DNA of 64,000 bases from Marsupella aquatica. Its lineage: Eukaryota; Plantae; Marchantiophyta. Positions 11,876 to 26,949 of this stretch are shown here, in pieces. The position numbers and the translations under genes are program-made. Each line of letters begins with the position of its first letter. Within the stretch, counting starts at the first letter, position 1. The DNA lies in assembly GCA_973895155.1 (NCBI GenBank), contig OZ316899.1:6451241-6515240 (forward strand). Reading direction: 5' to 3'. Below the pieces are notes generated by a model, which did not search any database, was not told the origin of the DNA, and worked only from the letters and a program-made list of their open reading frames with translations.

Positions 11876-13160
11876 TGGATTGCATGTAGGTGATTGATGG
11901 GGCTCACTTGCACCCAACCTCCTGATCTTCACACCTAAAAAGGTGTATATCAACCTTGTAGAACTCATGGCTAGCTAGAGTTTGGGGACCTTACTCTCAG
12001 CTAGGGGGGCGATTGTGGGTTTTGGACATGTGCGGACATGAGTTACATTTGTCCTTCATTCTTTTATGTGTGTGTGATGTATTGTGCTTAGTTGTGGATG
12101 TATGTGACAAGCAATGTATGTCGTGTAGCAATGTGTATGCGCACGATAACTATCACACCATTCTAGGTAGAATTGTGGTATATTGTACTATCTAGATCCT
12201 TATGTTTAGTATGTGTGCTATATGAGCCGATAAGGTTTTGTTAGATTTGTGTGGGAGAGTAGTTCTCTCGGGGTATTTACAAATGACAAGAAACAGCAAA
12301 CAGTAACAGGAAACAAAAACCGGTAACAGGAAAATGAGTGATAATTTTTTTTGAATTTTTTTTTTTTGAAAAAAAGTTTGTTTTTTTTGCCGAAAACATT
12401 TTTTTGCTAGCGCCCAAAGCTAGCCAAAAAATGTTGTCGGCAATTTTTTTGTTGGAAAATGTGATTTTGTAGGAAATATGTTTACATTGTCATTTTTCTG
12501 GTAACAGTGAATTTTTGCTGGTACCAGTAAACCTGTTTCTTGTTTACTGTCACGCATGTCATACCCGTTCTCTCTTGTGAGGCATCGAAAGGTTATCTTT
12601 CAATGTTGAGCCTTGGAGAGAGGAGCTCGTGTTGTGGCTATGGTGGTCAGAGCTCCTTCTATGTAGCATGGATTGCAAGTAGGTGGTTGATGGGGCTCAC
12701 TTGCACCCGACCTCCTGATCTTCACACCTACAAAGGTGTATATCAACCTTGTAGAACTCATGGCTAGCTAGAGTTTGGGGACCTTACTCCTAGCTAGGGG
12801 AGCGATTGTGGGTTTTGGACATGTGCGGACATGAGTTACATTTGTCCTTCATTCTTTTATGTGTGTGTGATGTATTGTGCTTAGTTGTGGATGTATGTGA
12901 CAAGCAATGTATGTCGTGTAACAATGTAAATGTGCACGATAACTATCACAGCATTCTAGGTAGTATTGTGGTATATGTACTATCTAGATCCTTATGTTTA
13001 GTATGTGTGCTATATGAGCCAATAAGGTTTTGTTAGATTTGTGTGGGAGAGTAGTTCTCTCTTGTGAGGCATTGAAAGGTTATCTTTCAATGTTGAGCGT
13101 TGGAGAGAGGAGCTTGTGTTGTGGCTATGGTGGCCGGAGCTCCTTCTATGTAGCGTGGAT
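11876..13160 (+). repeat. Tandem duplication of 3' UTR + PPT + LTR start (copies from ~11876 and ~12667); a third partial LTR repeat at ~13271-13400
   Basis: Near-identical ORFs 12013..12195 and 12806..13036; direct sequence match. Confidence 0.85.
12270..12566. mobile_element. MITE with 8-bp TSD (GTTCTCTC) inserted in the LTR
   Basis: TSD at 12262-12269 and 12567-12574. Termini GGGGTAT...ATACCC with imperfect longer inverted repeats. The empty site is visible in the duplicate LTR copy at ~13050-13065. Confidence 0.85.
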
Positions 13161-14710
13161 TCCTTGAGTGCAAGGTGCGTTGGCTTGACATATGTGTGTG
13201 ATCAGATCGGACGTGATTGAGTGCGTATTGTTGGCGTTGATTGTGGTTTGTTTGGATTGAGATTATTAGGGGTTTTGGACATGTGTGGCATGAGTTCCAT
13301 TTGTCCTTCATTCTCTTATGTGTGTGTGATGTATTGTGCTTAGTTGTGGATGTATGTGACAAGTGATATATGTTGTGTGGCGATGTGTATGCGCACGACA
13401 CATCTATTTTGAATATTGCATTATTAGATGGGACAGAGTGATAGATCTTGATCACATATCCAGATACAAATTCCAAATAGTTAATGTATTCATGATTCCA
13501 TGCATTGAATAGTCATAGATCATGTCCAAAAAGCATTCCATTCATACAAAGCTATATAGAAATTCAGGAAACCCAATCTCTTCCTATGGCAGATTGCTAT
13601 TTATATCATCCTGCTTTGAAATTTGTTTTGGTGCTATTAGACGTAAGCCAGATGAACAGAGTTTGTTCATGTTAAGATGACCCACAACGATAGTACTCAG
13701 GTGGTGAGTCCACACCATGAAGCATAGACCATCCGCTTTTCTTGGGAACCAACAGACGATATTGGTTCAAGCCCCAATGTCTTTGTTCAATCCCCGCCAT
13801 TGGGGTGAAGTCAATCATTGCAGCACTTGATTTCTAATCCCATGTTTTTGCAGCAATTGTCCAGACGGTTGTGGGGAGACATGGGCCAAAAGAAGGCTAG
13901 CTATTGCATCCAAGATTTTTTTATGTGATATTCGTAGATTATTGCCTAAGAAATCAGCGTAAAGCAAAGAACATATGCATCAAGAAATAAAAGATATCTA
14001 GCACCTGATCTGGGTTATCCATGTGCATAGTCTCAGGTGATAGGGTGGTCCAGGATTGGATACACTTGCACGGCCCCGCAACACTCCCTTGATTCTCCCT
14101 TGCTCCTCTAGCTTGTCAACTTCCCCATGTCCCAAGTAGCATGTCAGTCTCGACACTGTGCCTTGTCAATTTCTGGGGATTTCACCGTGCTTTGTGTGGT
14201 GATATGTATGGAGGCGTTCAGTCTTTAGCAAAGGTGTCATTGCTGGTGGCTCAGATGCTTTTGGGCCCATTTTAGGTTTGCTTCTACCATTGAGTCCACA
14301 AACGGTTGTGATGTTCCAGATCTTATTGTCATCTTTGTTCTATTTCTTAGTGACTAGAGAGCCCCATGTGTTGTATAATATAGTATGGTACATGGCCTGT
14401 ATATACAATGCTGTAGTCATAGGCTAAAAATTTTCCTTGACATTTTTATGACCTAGGAAGTTATGGTCGCTACAAACCTGACCTTTCATTTCTTGTGTAT
14501 TCTCCCCATATTCTTATGAGAGAGAGAGAGGGAGGGATAGGTCCAATAGAGGGAGGGAGAGGGAGAGGAGGCGGAATGATGACACTAGGGGTCCTACACA
14601 CACTACAATGACTAGGCTAGTGACTAGTGGCAGTGGTGTGACATCGGCAGATACGTTGTCCCTAACTAGAACTAGCTCAAAGCAGGATGACACACAGTAC
14701 AAGTTGTGCC

Positions 14711-14916
14711 TGAGAGGCGTACAACCCAGTTCCATATGCAGGTCTAGACGCAATACCATCCCCATACCATCCAGTCTCAACGTCACTAGGGTTTATCCAA
14801 ACTCCATCCTGCATGAGAGGCGTACAACCCAGTTCCATATGCAGGTCTAGACGCAATACCATCCCCATACCATCCAGTCTCAACGTCACTAGGGTTTATC
14901 CAAACTCCATCCTGCA
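14711..14916. repeat. Perfect 103-bp tandem duplication
   Basis: TGAGAGGCGTACAACCCAG...CATCCTGCA at 14711-14813 and 14814-14916. Confidence 0.9.
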
Positions 14917-16049
14917 ATTTGTACATCTCCCATTACAATATTATGTAAAATGACACACTTTTCTCACATTGCAATCACGGCTATATTGTATGCATATGAA
15001 TGTGCACGGTGTATATTCAACCCTAAAATAACCCCAAAGCCCCACCAAAATATAACCCAAAAACCCCACCAAAGTCCAAGGTAGCGCCAAAGGGCATTTA
15101 TAAGCTACATTAATGTCTTATGTAGGTTTTGTTCCGTCCAAAATGTACCTCATATTAAACATTGCAATTATATCTTGACATGCCACACATAGGAAACAAC
15201 TCCCAATTCAATGTAATATATAATAACATCTTTCTTGGCACTATTCTTTACCCCCTCTTGAAAGACGTCATATATAGGAATGTCGTCTATAGGTCTTTAA
15301 CTTATAACTTCCTCTAAGATGCTTTTATTCCAAGTACAACATCTCAAACGTCGTATATGTCGGTTCTAGATATAGATTCCTGAATGGTTTTTATGACATG
15401 AAGGGCATTGTAAAAACATAAACCAAGTTCCTTGGAGGTACTTTACACAATTTGAGATGATGTGGAGTACGTACTTCAAGTGGCCAAATTGATGCTGTGT
15501 TTTGCGTCTTTGGGTCAACCCGTTTGAACATTGTGTTAAGCCTATTGTCAGGCTACATTTAGTCGAATCAAAATGTAGTTGTGCCATTATCGCTATGGAA
15601 GTGAAGTGCGGCATTTTGGGGGCCATAACAGGAAAGAGACGTCCAATCTTTCCTTTGATTTGTGCATATGCGTTGGGTGCCATAATGGACTACATCCTAG
15701 TTGACGGAAGGGTAACAATAATCTCCTCGGAAGACAGTCTGGAAGCAACAGATTGAAGATGAGGCAGAATGAGAAGAAGAGAAGGAGGAGTGAGACAACA
15801 GAGACAAGGAAGAAGAGAATCCAAGACTTTTTGTCCCAGAAGGAGCACTTGCCTCAAGCAATGCAGAAGATTTCAATGAAGAAGGCGCACACACCTTGCG
15901 CAAGTTAAATAAGGATAAGGTACGTGTATGAAATCCCTGCAAACAAAACGGAGGAGAGATCAATCCGGGATGGGGATGAAGGTGAAGAGGAAGAAGCAGG
16001 GACCTTGGGAGCCCAATCCAACTATGTGTATTGCCAACCAATGTTGACC

Positions 16050-16720
16050 GGGCTACCATCAGATATCATGTTGTCCTTCTCGCAGTAGATGAAGTTCCTA
16101 ACTAGGTAGTTCCCTGCAGGAGCTGACTAAGTTGATTATGAAGTTGATTAACTCTAAGCTCACGCACAAGTTTGCTACAAGGCATGCTGGTCCGTATGGC
16201 ATTATTGCTAAGGTTCATAAAGATTCCATGACCTTCTTTGTATTGGCTTTGCCTAAGGATTGGCAACCACCCCTATTTTCCCTCTAGCCTAAGAAAGCTC
16301 CTTAACAAAGGAGATCATGAGTGATTTGCTAATAGCATCAGCATGAGCTCTCAATAGACCTAAATGCAATGCTATGTGTAATATCACCACCAGAATTATG
16401 GGCCAAAAGTTATGGCCCCAACTAAATACAAGTTGGGGGCCAAAAATAGGCAACCAAAGCTGGTTGGGATGGTGACAAGTCCCATAAACATATATGAGTG
16501 GACCAGGCCAAGGGACTAAGAGTAGCTCAGAGCCGTTGATGCATAGAAGGCGGTGTGCTATTTCCAGTCATTGGTGGGGTTAAGGTCACTGCCAATGGGC
16601 GACAAACCATAGCTCGAGATCTGTAAGTGATCTCAAAAAGCTAACGGGAGCATTTCAAAGTGAGTTAGGAGGGGAGAAAGTCAGTTGCTAGACTCCAAAT
16701 TGGGGTTGGGACGCCACATT
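16050..16720 (+). mobile_element. Highly decayed chromovirus remnant (integrase C-terminus and LTR-like sequence)
   Basis: KFATRHAGPYGIIAKVHKD-like stretch resembles KLAPRYAGPYCIIQWAHKD at ~38090. 16430-16530 resembles LTR sequence at ~4090-4200. Confidence 0.5.
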
Positions 16721-18114
16721 TGTGAACACAAAAACTCACAGAAGTTTAGCTTTGCTTCCAGCGTACTTATTGCTCATACCTCACAACCGCATTTGGGCAC
16801 AAGATACTAGGACAAAAGTTCACTTATCATGATGAGTATGCTTTGCACAGGAACTGTCTCAGACCAAGGTTTCAACTACACTTTCCGGAGTTCAGCCTTT
16901 CCCGTGATCAGTCGGGCAAGATTTGGCTGGGAAGGCATAACAGATACTTTGCGTTCAGCCCACTGGACGAAAGACAGTTGCAGGAGAGGCAATTGTCAAT
17001 AATACAAAGCCCACTTCTGACCCAGGCTCAAACCCTTATTGTCCTCATTGAGTACATTTCGTTCCGCCAAATTAAGCTGGGGGAAAACAACCCAGTAAAT
17101 GTAGGGGGCCATCGAGATTTTCCAGGGTTTGACGTGGTTACATACATTCCCTTCTACAGTTCAGATTTCTAAACAAGGACCGATTGTGGAATGATGTCCC
17201 CTTCGGACTGCCATTGGGATAGTAGAAGAAACACGATTAAATTATGAAATACGAACATCGACATAACTAATTGATATTTACCTGGATACGCTGATAACTG
17301 TACTCTTCAGAGACGCTGATAACTGTACTCTTCAGAGATGAATGTGGAGAAAAGCCATCTAGCCGCAGATGAGTGGGGAAGGTCTAGCTGATAATGGAAT
17401 TCTCCAAAAGCCATGAACAGCTACGTTAGTGCTCACGGATGCTACGACGGCTATATTAAGGACATATTTTCACAGAATTGCATAGAATTTCAACAAGCTA
17501 GTTTTCCGGGTTTGACATGAAAGCTCAGGACAACTTGTTAAAATCCTGAAAGAAAACCAATGGGATCGGGGTATGACCAATAACAATAACGAAATGGTAC
17601 ATAACGGTTAAGGTAGAACAAGTAAATGTCATCTTCGAAAGGATTGAACTTGCTCCGCATGATAAAAGGACCTCTTGCAGAACTAGTAGAATCAAATGAC
17701 ACCTACACATGACCTATCATGTAGAAGTCATGCTTGGCTAATTGATCTGATCTTTAACATAAGAAACAAGACCGTTCTGGCGCGTGCCCCAGCATCATCA
17801 ATCTCTTGCCCCAAAAGACACCTAAGGAGAGATTACCTGCAAACAGGTCTCTTCTCCAAAGCAGATGCAGTAGCATGGTCCCCGCGTAAGAAGTACAGGC
17901 AAAAATCGCTAAAACAAAAGGGAGCACGGTAAACTTTGAATTTTTTACGAAGATTTAAGAGAACGTGGCTCCCCACTTCCCCGAAATTAGGAGAAGAATG
18001 AGGCTAGCAACTCCTTAAACATCGCAGTCTCCACATAGAAAACTCACACCACCACACACAAACATCCTCGGGTCTTCCCAAAACATGCTGTGTCGGCCTG
18101 CATACGTGCTATAA

Positions 18115-19817
<1,703 letters not shown>

Positions 19818-20439
19818 CTAGCCAAACAAAAGGGTCCTTTCCGACTGTTCTAAGTTAAACGATCAAGTTGATGGTGGAACTGCGAAACAGCTACAAGTTC
19901 TGTATGTATGTGCGATACCCACCACCTTTCTTTGAAAACCCCCACCCAGTATTCCGTAGCTTGCAGGGCATATACTTCGCCTGTCGAGAAGCACCGCATT
20001 TACGAGAGACTTAGTGCATAACGCACAACTTGCGTAGTCTCTGAATGTCAGTGGGTACTTTATACCTAGTGTGTAAGGGCAATTTGTAAGATTCAACCCA
20101 CGGGCTTCCGTGAACCGAGTTATAAAGTCGGAAGAGTAGAGAGAAACCAGCGTAGGAACCATACATCGACTTGTACCTGATTGTGACTTTTAATTTATCC
20201 TCAACAAATTGTCAAGTAGAAAACTGCCCACGGTAGCTCAACAAGAGTGAATATTGGGAAGTACTCACATTCCCAAACTAACAAAATTCCCAAATGGCCT
20301 CGCTTATCGGTATATTTACTCTCTACCACCCCTTCAATGTAAATTGCTAGGATGCCACTCTCACCCTCACGGTCTGCCTGGCAGAAAAAGCTTCTGCCCA
20401 TTAGCTTCCCGGGCAGTCAAATCCAAGTACTATAGGCAA

Positions 20440-20610
20440 ACAAGCCCCATGCCCGTGCGTTGCACGAAAGATTTCAAGGCAAGGGCAAGATGGTGAGGAG
20501 AGGGCAAGATGTCAAGGAGAGAGCAAGATTTTTGCGGTGAGGGCAAGATGGTGAGGAGAAGGCAAGATGTCGAGGAGAGGGCAAGATGTGGAGGTGAGGG
20601 CAAGATTCAA
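20440..20610 (-). mobile_element. Helitron 3'-end fragment (hairpin + minisatellite), same family as 56997-60148
   Basis: CCCCATGCCCGTGCGTTGCACG followed by GAGGGCAAGATG repeats, matching 57001-57450. Confidence 0.75.
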
Positions 20611-20870
20611 AGTAAGGGAAACATGGTATCTCGCATATTACTCACGGTTGGCCTTTAATCGCTCCGCTAGGGTTATGATACTTGATGTTGCCACACTTGT
20701 TTCTTGTACCAAAGGGTCTGTGACATTTGGTTGTGGCACCTCAGAAACTTCAGTCCTCTCTTGTGCACTATTGTTGGGGGCGTCTTGCATTTCTGGCTTC
20801 CCTATTTTGGGCATATAGCTCGCAATCAACTTCCAATCTCTCCCCAGGGGTTCTCATATTCTAGGAAAAT

Positions 20871-20988
20871 GCTTTAATTCGCTATTGGTGTTACCTATTG
20901 AAATACACCCTTAAAGGCATGTTTTGGCTGCTTTAATTCGCTATTGGTGTTACCTGTTGAAATACACCCTTAAAGGCATGTTTTGGCT
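20871..20988. repeat. ~59-bp tandem duplication
   Basis: GCTTTAATTCGCTATTGGTGTTACC...GCATGTTTTGGCT occurs twice. Confidence 0.85.
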
Positions 20989-23900
20989 ACATATCAGTCA
21001 AATACAGTCCGAAGCTTAAACTGAGCAAACTTTTGTAAATAGTCACATTGATGTTTTTGTATAGTGTATTCTTCTCTATAAAACACCAAAAGTTTAAAGA
21101 GAAAAATCACAAAGTACATTTAGGTCTGGAAAAATTAATATGGCCACCCTCTTCTCCATGAAACATGAAGGTCTGGAAAAATTTAAATGACCATCCCTGA
21201 ATATGTGGAAGCAAGTAAAAATACCTCTTTGGCTATGAGAATCAGCAAGCCAGTGCCGCTACAATTCGCATGTCGTCACTCTCCCAGGAGCAACTTTACG
21301 CCCACCGCCATGTAGGTCTTTCTTGGACCCTTCCGGAAAAGGACTGTCTGAGCAAATAGTAGTGGAATATTGTGTGAATATTTTCTCGGTGGGTTGCCCG
21401 GTCACCCGATGGTACCCCGGCCACCTGTCCCTGCCCGACCTGCCCAAAAATTCAGAATTCAAATTTTTGGCCTCCACCAATGCGATTGTTTGGATCATTT
21501 TTATCATTTTTCTCCCTCATTTTTATCATTTGATGATCTGGTTATTTCTGAGACGTAGATCTAAAAAAGATCTGCATTTTGAGCCATAGATTGGCTCATT
21601 TGATGAACGGACAAAAGTAATCGGGCTCCTGATCGAAGAGCTACAGAAGGGCGCACGTCAACATGTTTTTAGCGGACAATCAAGATTGTGTTTCGTTCTT
21701 TTTGAGTTTGTAAGCAGATAATCCCCCCAGAATTGGCGAGATTGCATATTATAGTACTTGATGCCAAGTAGAAAATATCTCTAGCATACAAAGGATACAG
21801 AAAAAAAAACATTACCGGGTGTGAAAGATGTCAAACAAAAAATATGTCAAGAACAAAATGTGTCGAGCAAAAAGAAGTCGTGCATAAAACATGTTGAAAA
21901 AAGAAGAGATCAAAGAGAGGCCACAAAAACTACCCTCACAATAAACAAAGAGAAAAACAAATAGCCCGGCCCCCTCTTAAGAATCTAACTAAACAGAGAA
22001 AATCATTCCCCACCAAAAACAAATATTTAGAAAATCTATTTGTGGCCTTGGGGGCAATTTGGATATATTAAGTATCCTCCTCGTATATTTTGGAATAAAG
22101 TTTATTGACACATCTTTCCTCTAAATGCAGAATAGAATTGTGACCTCGCTCTCACTCTTTGGATCTTAAAATTTTATATTCTCTCCTCACTGATTTCCTT
22201 GGCTTTGTATTATAAATGACTTCTTATCTACTTAGGATGTATTTTTGTTTCCCTTACGTTGTTTATGTACCATACATGTCTTTGTACCTCACACCTTTTT
22301 ATTATCTCCAGTGTGGTACCCCATTGCCAACACACATGCTTACCTCACTATCCACTCTGACATTTTTAATGCACTAACTTGTGCTCCCTCCTATTCCTTC
22401 GTACATGTCACTGACAGCCATCCCTATCCCATTGGACCCCATCCTCACATTCCTGGTACTTGCTCTGAACCACTTTTTTTAATCCAATGGCACTCAAAAG
22501 TAACATCCTCATCCCAAGGCATGGGAGTCATCCCCCACATCCCTATACCACCATGACACTTTATTTTTTGTCATCTAACGGTCTGAAAAAAATGTAAAAT
22601 GATCCATTGGCAGGGAATCATTCCCGCCCATTGCGCTTTTCATAAACGAACAAAAACTAAAAAGAGCGGCATTGAGTATTATAGTGTTAGATTTCATGGT
22701 TCAGCTGTGCACATCTATGAACAGTTGATTTCATGATCCCCCCCCCACCCATTTTCAGTCTCAGTGCCAATATTTATGGTGATTTCTTTTTTGCAGAAGT
22801 GACACTTAATTTTAGGTTGGGAATAACAATTATAGTCAGGTGGCGTACTTATGTAGTCAGATTTGGAACAAGGATGCTTGGGTCAATGGGTCCCACTCTG
22901 AAATTGTTGCCAATTTTGTGGTAATCTTGATAGTACCCTCGATATTACCAAGTAAATGTTGTGTCGTCGGTAGACAACCTGCAGAAAGGGGGGATGTTCC
23001 AACCCCTCATAATATAGAACAGGAAAAGAAAGAATACACAAGGCCACTTGAAGTTTGCTCAGAGGTTACGTTTGTGGGTACACACAAGAAAGCTTTATTG
23101 AACTTTAAACACATCAGCATATTGAGTCTCCATGGATTGTTTGAGCTCATCTATTTCTCAACTAGCTCTGTAACAATGAGCCTGAGTTCCACCCACTAAC
23201 TAAGTCTTACTAGTGTAAATAATACCATCGTGCCATATGACTTCATGCAAATTAAAAAATCCCCGCCCCCCCACTCCAATTCTGATTTTAATTATTCTTG
23301 GAGTGAGCCAAAGAGAGAACAAAATAAATGGATCTAGAGTGAAAGCACAAAAACATCATTTTTCTATTTGACTTGACAAGTAGAAAAATAGGATTTCATT
23401 AAAGAGTGAAGAGTAAGCACATGAAAGGGCAATGAATGGAAACCCTCACTAAATGACTTTTTAAGTTGAAAAGAATGAAGGAATCTATAAATAGTGAATA
23501 ATAAAGGATTGAAAGCGCATTGAGTGCAAACCTACATTAAATGACAAAAGAGAAAAGAATATAGTATAATTCTTAACTTTACTCTCAATTAGCATAAATG
23601 ACAAGGAGAAGATATGGACACTGCCTCCTAGAATGAAGTAAAGAGAAGATAATTATGTTTTCTGTGCAAAGACATGTGCTACTTGAATTTGAATCAAGTA
23701 AATAACCTCCTTCACCCTAACAAGCCATATTTCATTTGGAAACCAAGAAGCACGAAAGCCTCATCAAATAAAGTTTGATAGTATTAATAGGTTTAGCTAT
23801 AAGTCTACTTTTCATGACATAATATCTTGGGCCAGGGGCCTCACTCTATAATTATGTATTTAGCAGTCTTTGTCACATTTTGCCTACCTAACACAGCCCG

Positions 23901-24980
23901 TGTTGGCAATACGTGTGAATTGTTGAAGTATGAGCTATTTTGGTGTTTCACTCAAAATATTTTGCTTACACAAGAGATATCCTAAAAGTACCCTGTCAAC
24001 TAACTTTTGAGGTATGGTTAGTTAGTAATCCTAGTTGAGTTAAGTTAACTTGACCTACGGTTAAGGATTAACATACAAATGACAAAATACCAAGGCGAAA
24101 ACATCTCGACCACAATTATTCCTAGTTCAAATGTTTTGAACAACAATTTGACCATGTCCATTGCGAGGCACTACCGGTGAGCTCGTTTCAACGTCATTCT
24201 TTGGGGCATCAATTTCATTGCAGCAGGGCGGGAACTACATTTTGCAAGGAGCACTGCCATTGAGCTTGATTGAGTGGTGATTCAATCTGCAGTGCATCAA
24301 TTCCATGGCGGCCGGGCGGGAACTGCATTTGCGATTGCGGATGGTGGGAAGCGTGGCAACTTCATTAGAGGGAGGTGGGAGAGGAGAGGCCAAGAGATTG
24401 CAAGACCAAGCTTGCAATACGAAGAAACAGCCAGTGGAAGACAGGGCGCGGAGTACATCTGCCTCAGAGGAGCTCAATCTTTCAATCCAGGTTCCAGTCT
24501 CGGTTGCGTCGGTTGTTGATGTTGAATCCGCTACGCCCCTACCAGTAGTAGAGAATGAGGTAGAGGAAGAAGAGCCCTTGAGCTCAGTGCAAGAGCACAA
24601 ATCAAGAGTCCCTACATTAAGACAACTTTGAATTCAGCTCAAGAATCTGCCCTCAACGTTAGGTGAATCTCAATTTGATTTTATGCAGGCTGTCTATTCA
24701 ATCTCATGTTCGTGTTGTAATTGCTCCTTCGATAGTTTCTATTACTCACTACTTCCATTTGTGATTGTAGTGGGACTTGGTAATATGCTGGACCACATTG
24801 ATAGTCTCGGACAAGAAGTCATTGGTGATGACACGGTAGTGTCTGTCTCCAGTGAGAATAGTTCAGACAAGGCGTACAGTGGTGACAAAGGCCACAAGAC
24901 AGACGTTGAGGTTAGCAGCGACTCTTCAACTGACAGCATGATGGCCGATATGCAAAAGGGGAAGGTGAAGAAAGGGAAAG

Positions 24981-25856
24981 TTGGCCAAGAACGGGAAGGG
25001 GATGAATGATGTAGCCCTGGATGTTGCAATGCATATGGGGAAGGAGAAGCAGCATTCAGGCATCCTGACTGCAACCAAAGTGTCCAAGGATGATGGGAGC
25101 AAGGCAAAATGTAAGATAGTCTCAAAGGAGCATGTGTACAAGCTTGTGAAGGATTACCAAGTCCATTTTGCAAGCTTTAGCAAGGGGAAAGGGAACAAAT
25201 CAATTGTACAATTTATTCCAGGCAAGGTTTGGAAAGCCATCTACACCAATTACAAGGAATTGTATCCTGATTCACCCTTTGGGGAAATTACTCTCAAAGA
25301 CCATTTGAGAACAAGCTTAAAGGAGCTGCAATCTGGAGTGGGAAACCCTGATGGTGGGCAAAAAGCAGTGTTGCAGGACGAGGATCTGATGACAAAATTG
25401 ATGTCAACTTACTCCTGGAAAGCCAGAAATATTTTGCAGATCAGGGCGGATGCTTGTGATGGAACAGCATCCAAGAAGGCTAAATCCACGGGTCCTGCAA
25501 ATACAGTTTCTCCAGGGTTGTTTACTTCTCCAAGGGAGTCTAATGTGGCATCCCCTTCTCCTTGGACTCCCTCCCAGCAGAACCAGAGCAAGCATAAGGG
25601 CAAGCCTCCAACTAAGTCAAAAAACTTAAAGGCTGCACGAGAAGAAATGGCAGCAATTGTTGGAGAGTTCAAGTCCATGAAGAGGGATAGGAAACACGAG
25701 GCAGATGCCAAAAGAATCCAGGCCCAGGCAAAAGCATCTTTCCATGAAGCTAAGAGGCATGAGTCAGCAACAAGGAGAATTGCCCAAGCAAAGCAAAATG
25801 TCCTGGCCAAAATTAGCCTTCTGGAAAAACAGAAGGCTCTTGGCTTGATTACATAG
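24981..25856 (+). CDS. Probable PIF/Harbinger ORF1 (Myb/SANT-like DNA-binding + coiled coil); possible upstream exon at 24305-24660
   Basis: 291-aa ORF with GKVWKAIY...LKDHLRTSLKEL helix pattern and a basic coiled-coil C-terminus, convergent with a Harbinger transposase. Confidence 0.5.
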   Translation: MAKNGKGMNDVALDVAMHMGKEKQHSGILTATKVSKDDGSKAKCKIVSKEHVYKLVKDYQVHFASFSKGKGNKSIVQFIPGKVWKAIYTNYKELYPDSPFGEITLKDHLRTSLKELQSGVGNPDGGQKAVLQDEDLMTKLMSTYSWKARNILQIRADACDGTASKKAKSTGPANTVSPGLFTSPRESNVASPSPWTPSQQNQSKHKGKPPTKSKNLKAAREEMAAIVGEFKSMKRDRKHEADAKRIQAQAKASFHEAKRHESATRRIAQAKQNVLAKISLLEKQKALGLIT

Positions 25857-26949
25857 CATGAGTTCAAATACCAGTGTAAAGTTGTCTTTGGGATCCTTCC
25901 TGGGCCTAGGCAGCCATAGTTTATGTTCACAGCAAAGAGGAGTCAAAGTAGACCTTAGAAGTTAGGCTCTCTTGGTGGCATGTGCATGCTATCCAATTTT
26001 GTATAAGTACATTTGAAACATATAAAGCAATTTTGCCAGCTTTGACTCTATTCCATGCTTCGTTCAATGTCAGTTGGTAGAGGATTGGTCTGTCATGTAG
26101 AAATGACGAGTTACATCTTCATGGAGGCTTAAATTATGCAATAGAATTAGTTCTCTTGCTAAAACAGGAAGATACCTACAAGGAATTTGTATCTAAATTG
26201 AACTGCAATGTGGGACCATCCTTTGTATACAACTATAATTATAAAGCTCTCTAGAATAAATTTCCCCACCCCATTGCATTTTTCAGAGGCTCCATGAGCA
26301 GAACCTAGCCCCTTCCCATTTTTACAGAGCTACCATTTACAACTACTTCTCTACTTGTGAGTTTGCAGCTGGGTTATAATTATAAGTTTTGAAGGTCCAA
26401 TCCATTCTTCTTATCTTTGTCGTATGAGTTCTGCCTAGCTAGCTTGCTTTACTCTTCCCCCAACTCTTCCCTGCTCCACTAATTGACGTGAGAGTTCTTC
26501 CTTCTAGGTGCCTTAATCTTGCCTTGACCTTCAACCTATTCTCAATGCCAGTTACAATAGCTTTGGACTCCTTCACCGAGAGCATCCAGTCGGATTGACA
26601 ATGCTGACTTTGCAGCTAGGATGCAATAAATCGCAAGCCAGAAAAGCTTAACAGTCGAGCTTGGCAACCTCGGTCCTGCTATCTGTGAACTTAACAACCT
26701 TTGCATACTCAATGTTGTCCTGAATTATCTTCAAAAGCTTCTTTAAGATTGACATTTGCTCTAGATGTCTAAGCACAATATTGATTTCATGACAAAACCA
26801 GAATGTTGAGGCAGCTAGACCATAGTTGCATTGCAAATTGGAAACAAGATTCAAATGTATTGATGCGGAATTGGATTACAGTCATGTAAGATTGCTTCCA
26901 CGTTGCTAACACTAAAGCTATCTAATGCTACACTACTGTTGGGTAACTT

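Larger units (their letters stand above)
5828..13400 (+). mobile_element. Decayed Ty3/Gypsy LTR retrotransposon: gag(ZnK)-PR-DNMT3-like MTase-RT-RH-INT-PHD, PPT and 3' LTR
   Basis: Zinc knuckle CDHCGALGHTKDRC (~6017-6058); protease-like RVLPDIGAQP...YDVLVG (~6920-7200); RT (MCGDYRPIN, LDLRAGYHQ, PFGLKNAP, YIDDILVYS); RH (LITDHQPLKWL, ADGLSR); INT (WSLDFVGPLP, VLTDQ, DGLAER); PPT AGGGGGGCGA at ~12003-12012 followed by TG. Many stops and frameshifts. Confidence 0.92.

Noticed and set aside
17289-17338. 25-bp tandem duplication (similar small one at ~28993-29090)
   Set aside because: Ordinary local slippage duplications with no evident function.
21250-24200. Possible left arm or TIR of the Harbinger element
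   Set aside because: No TIR pair or TSD could be identified by eye, and there is no coding signal.
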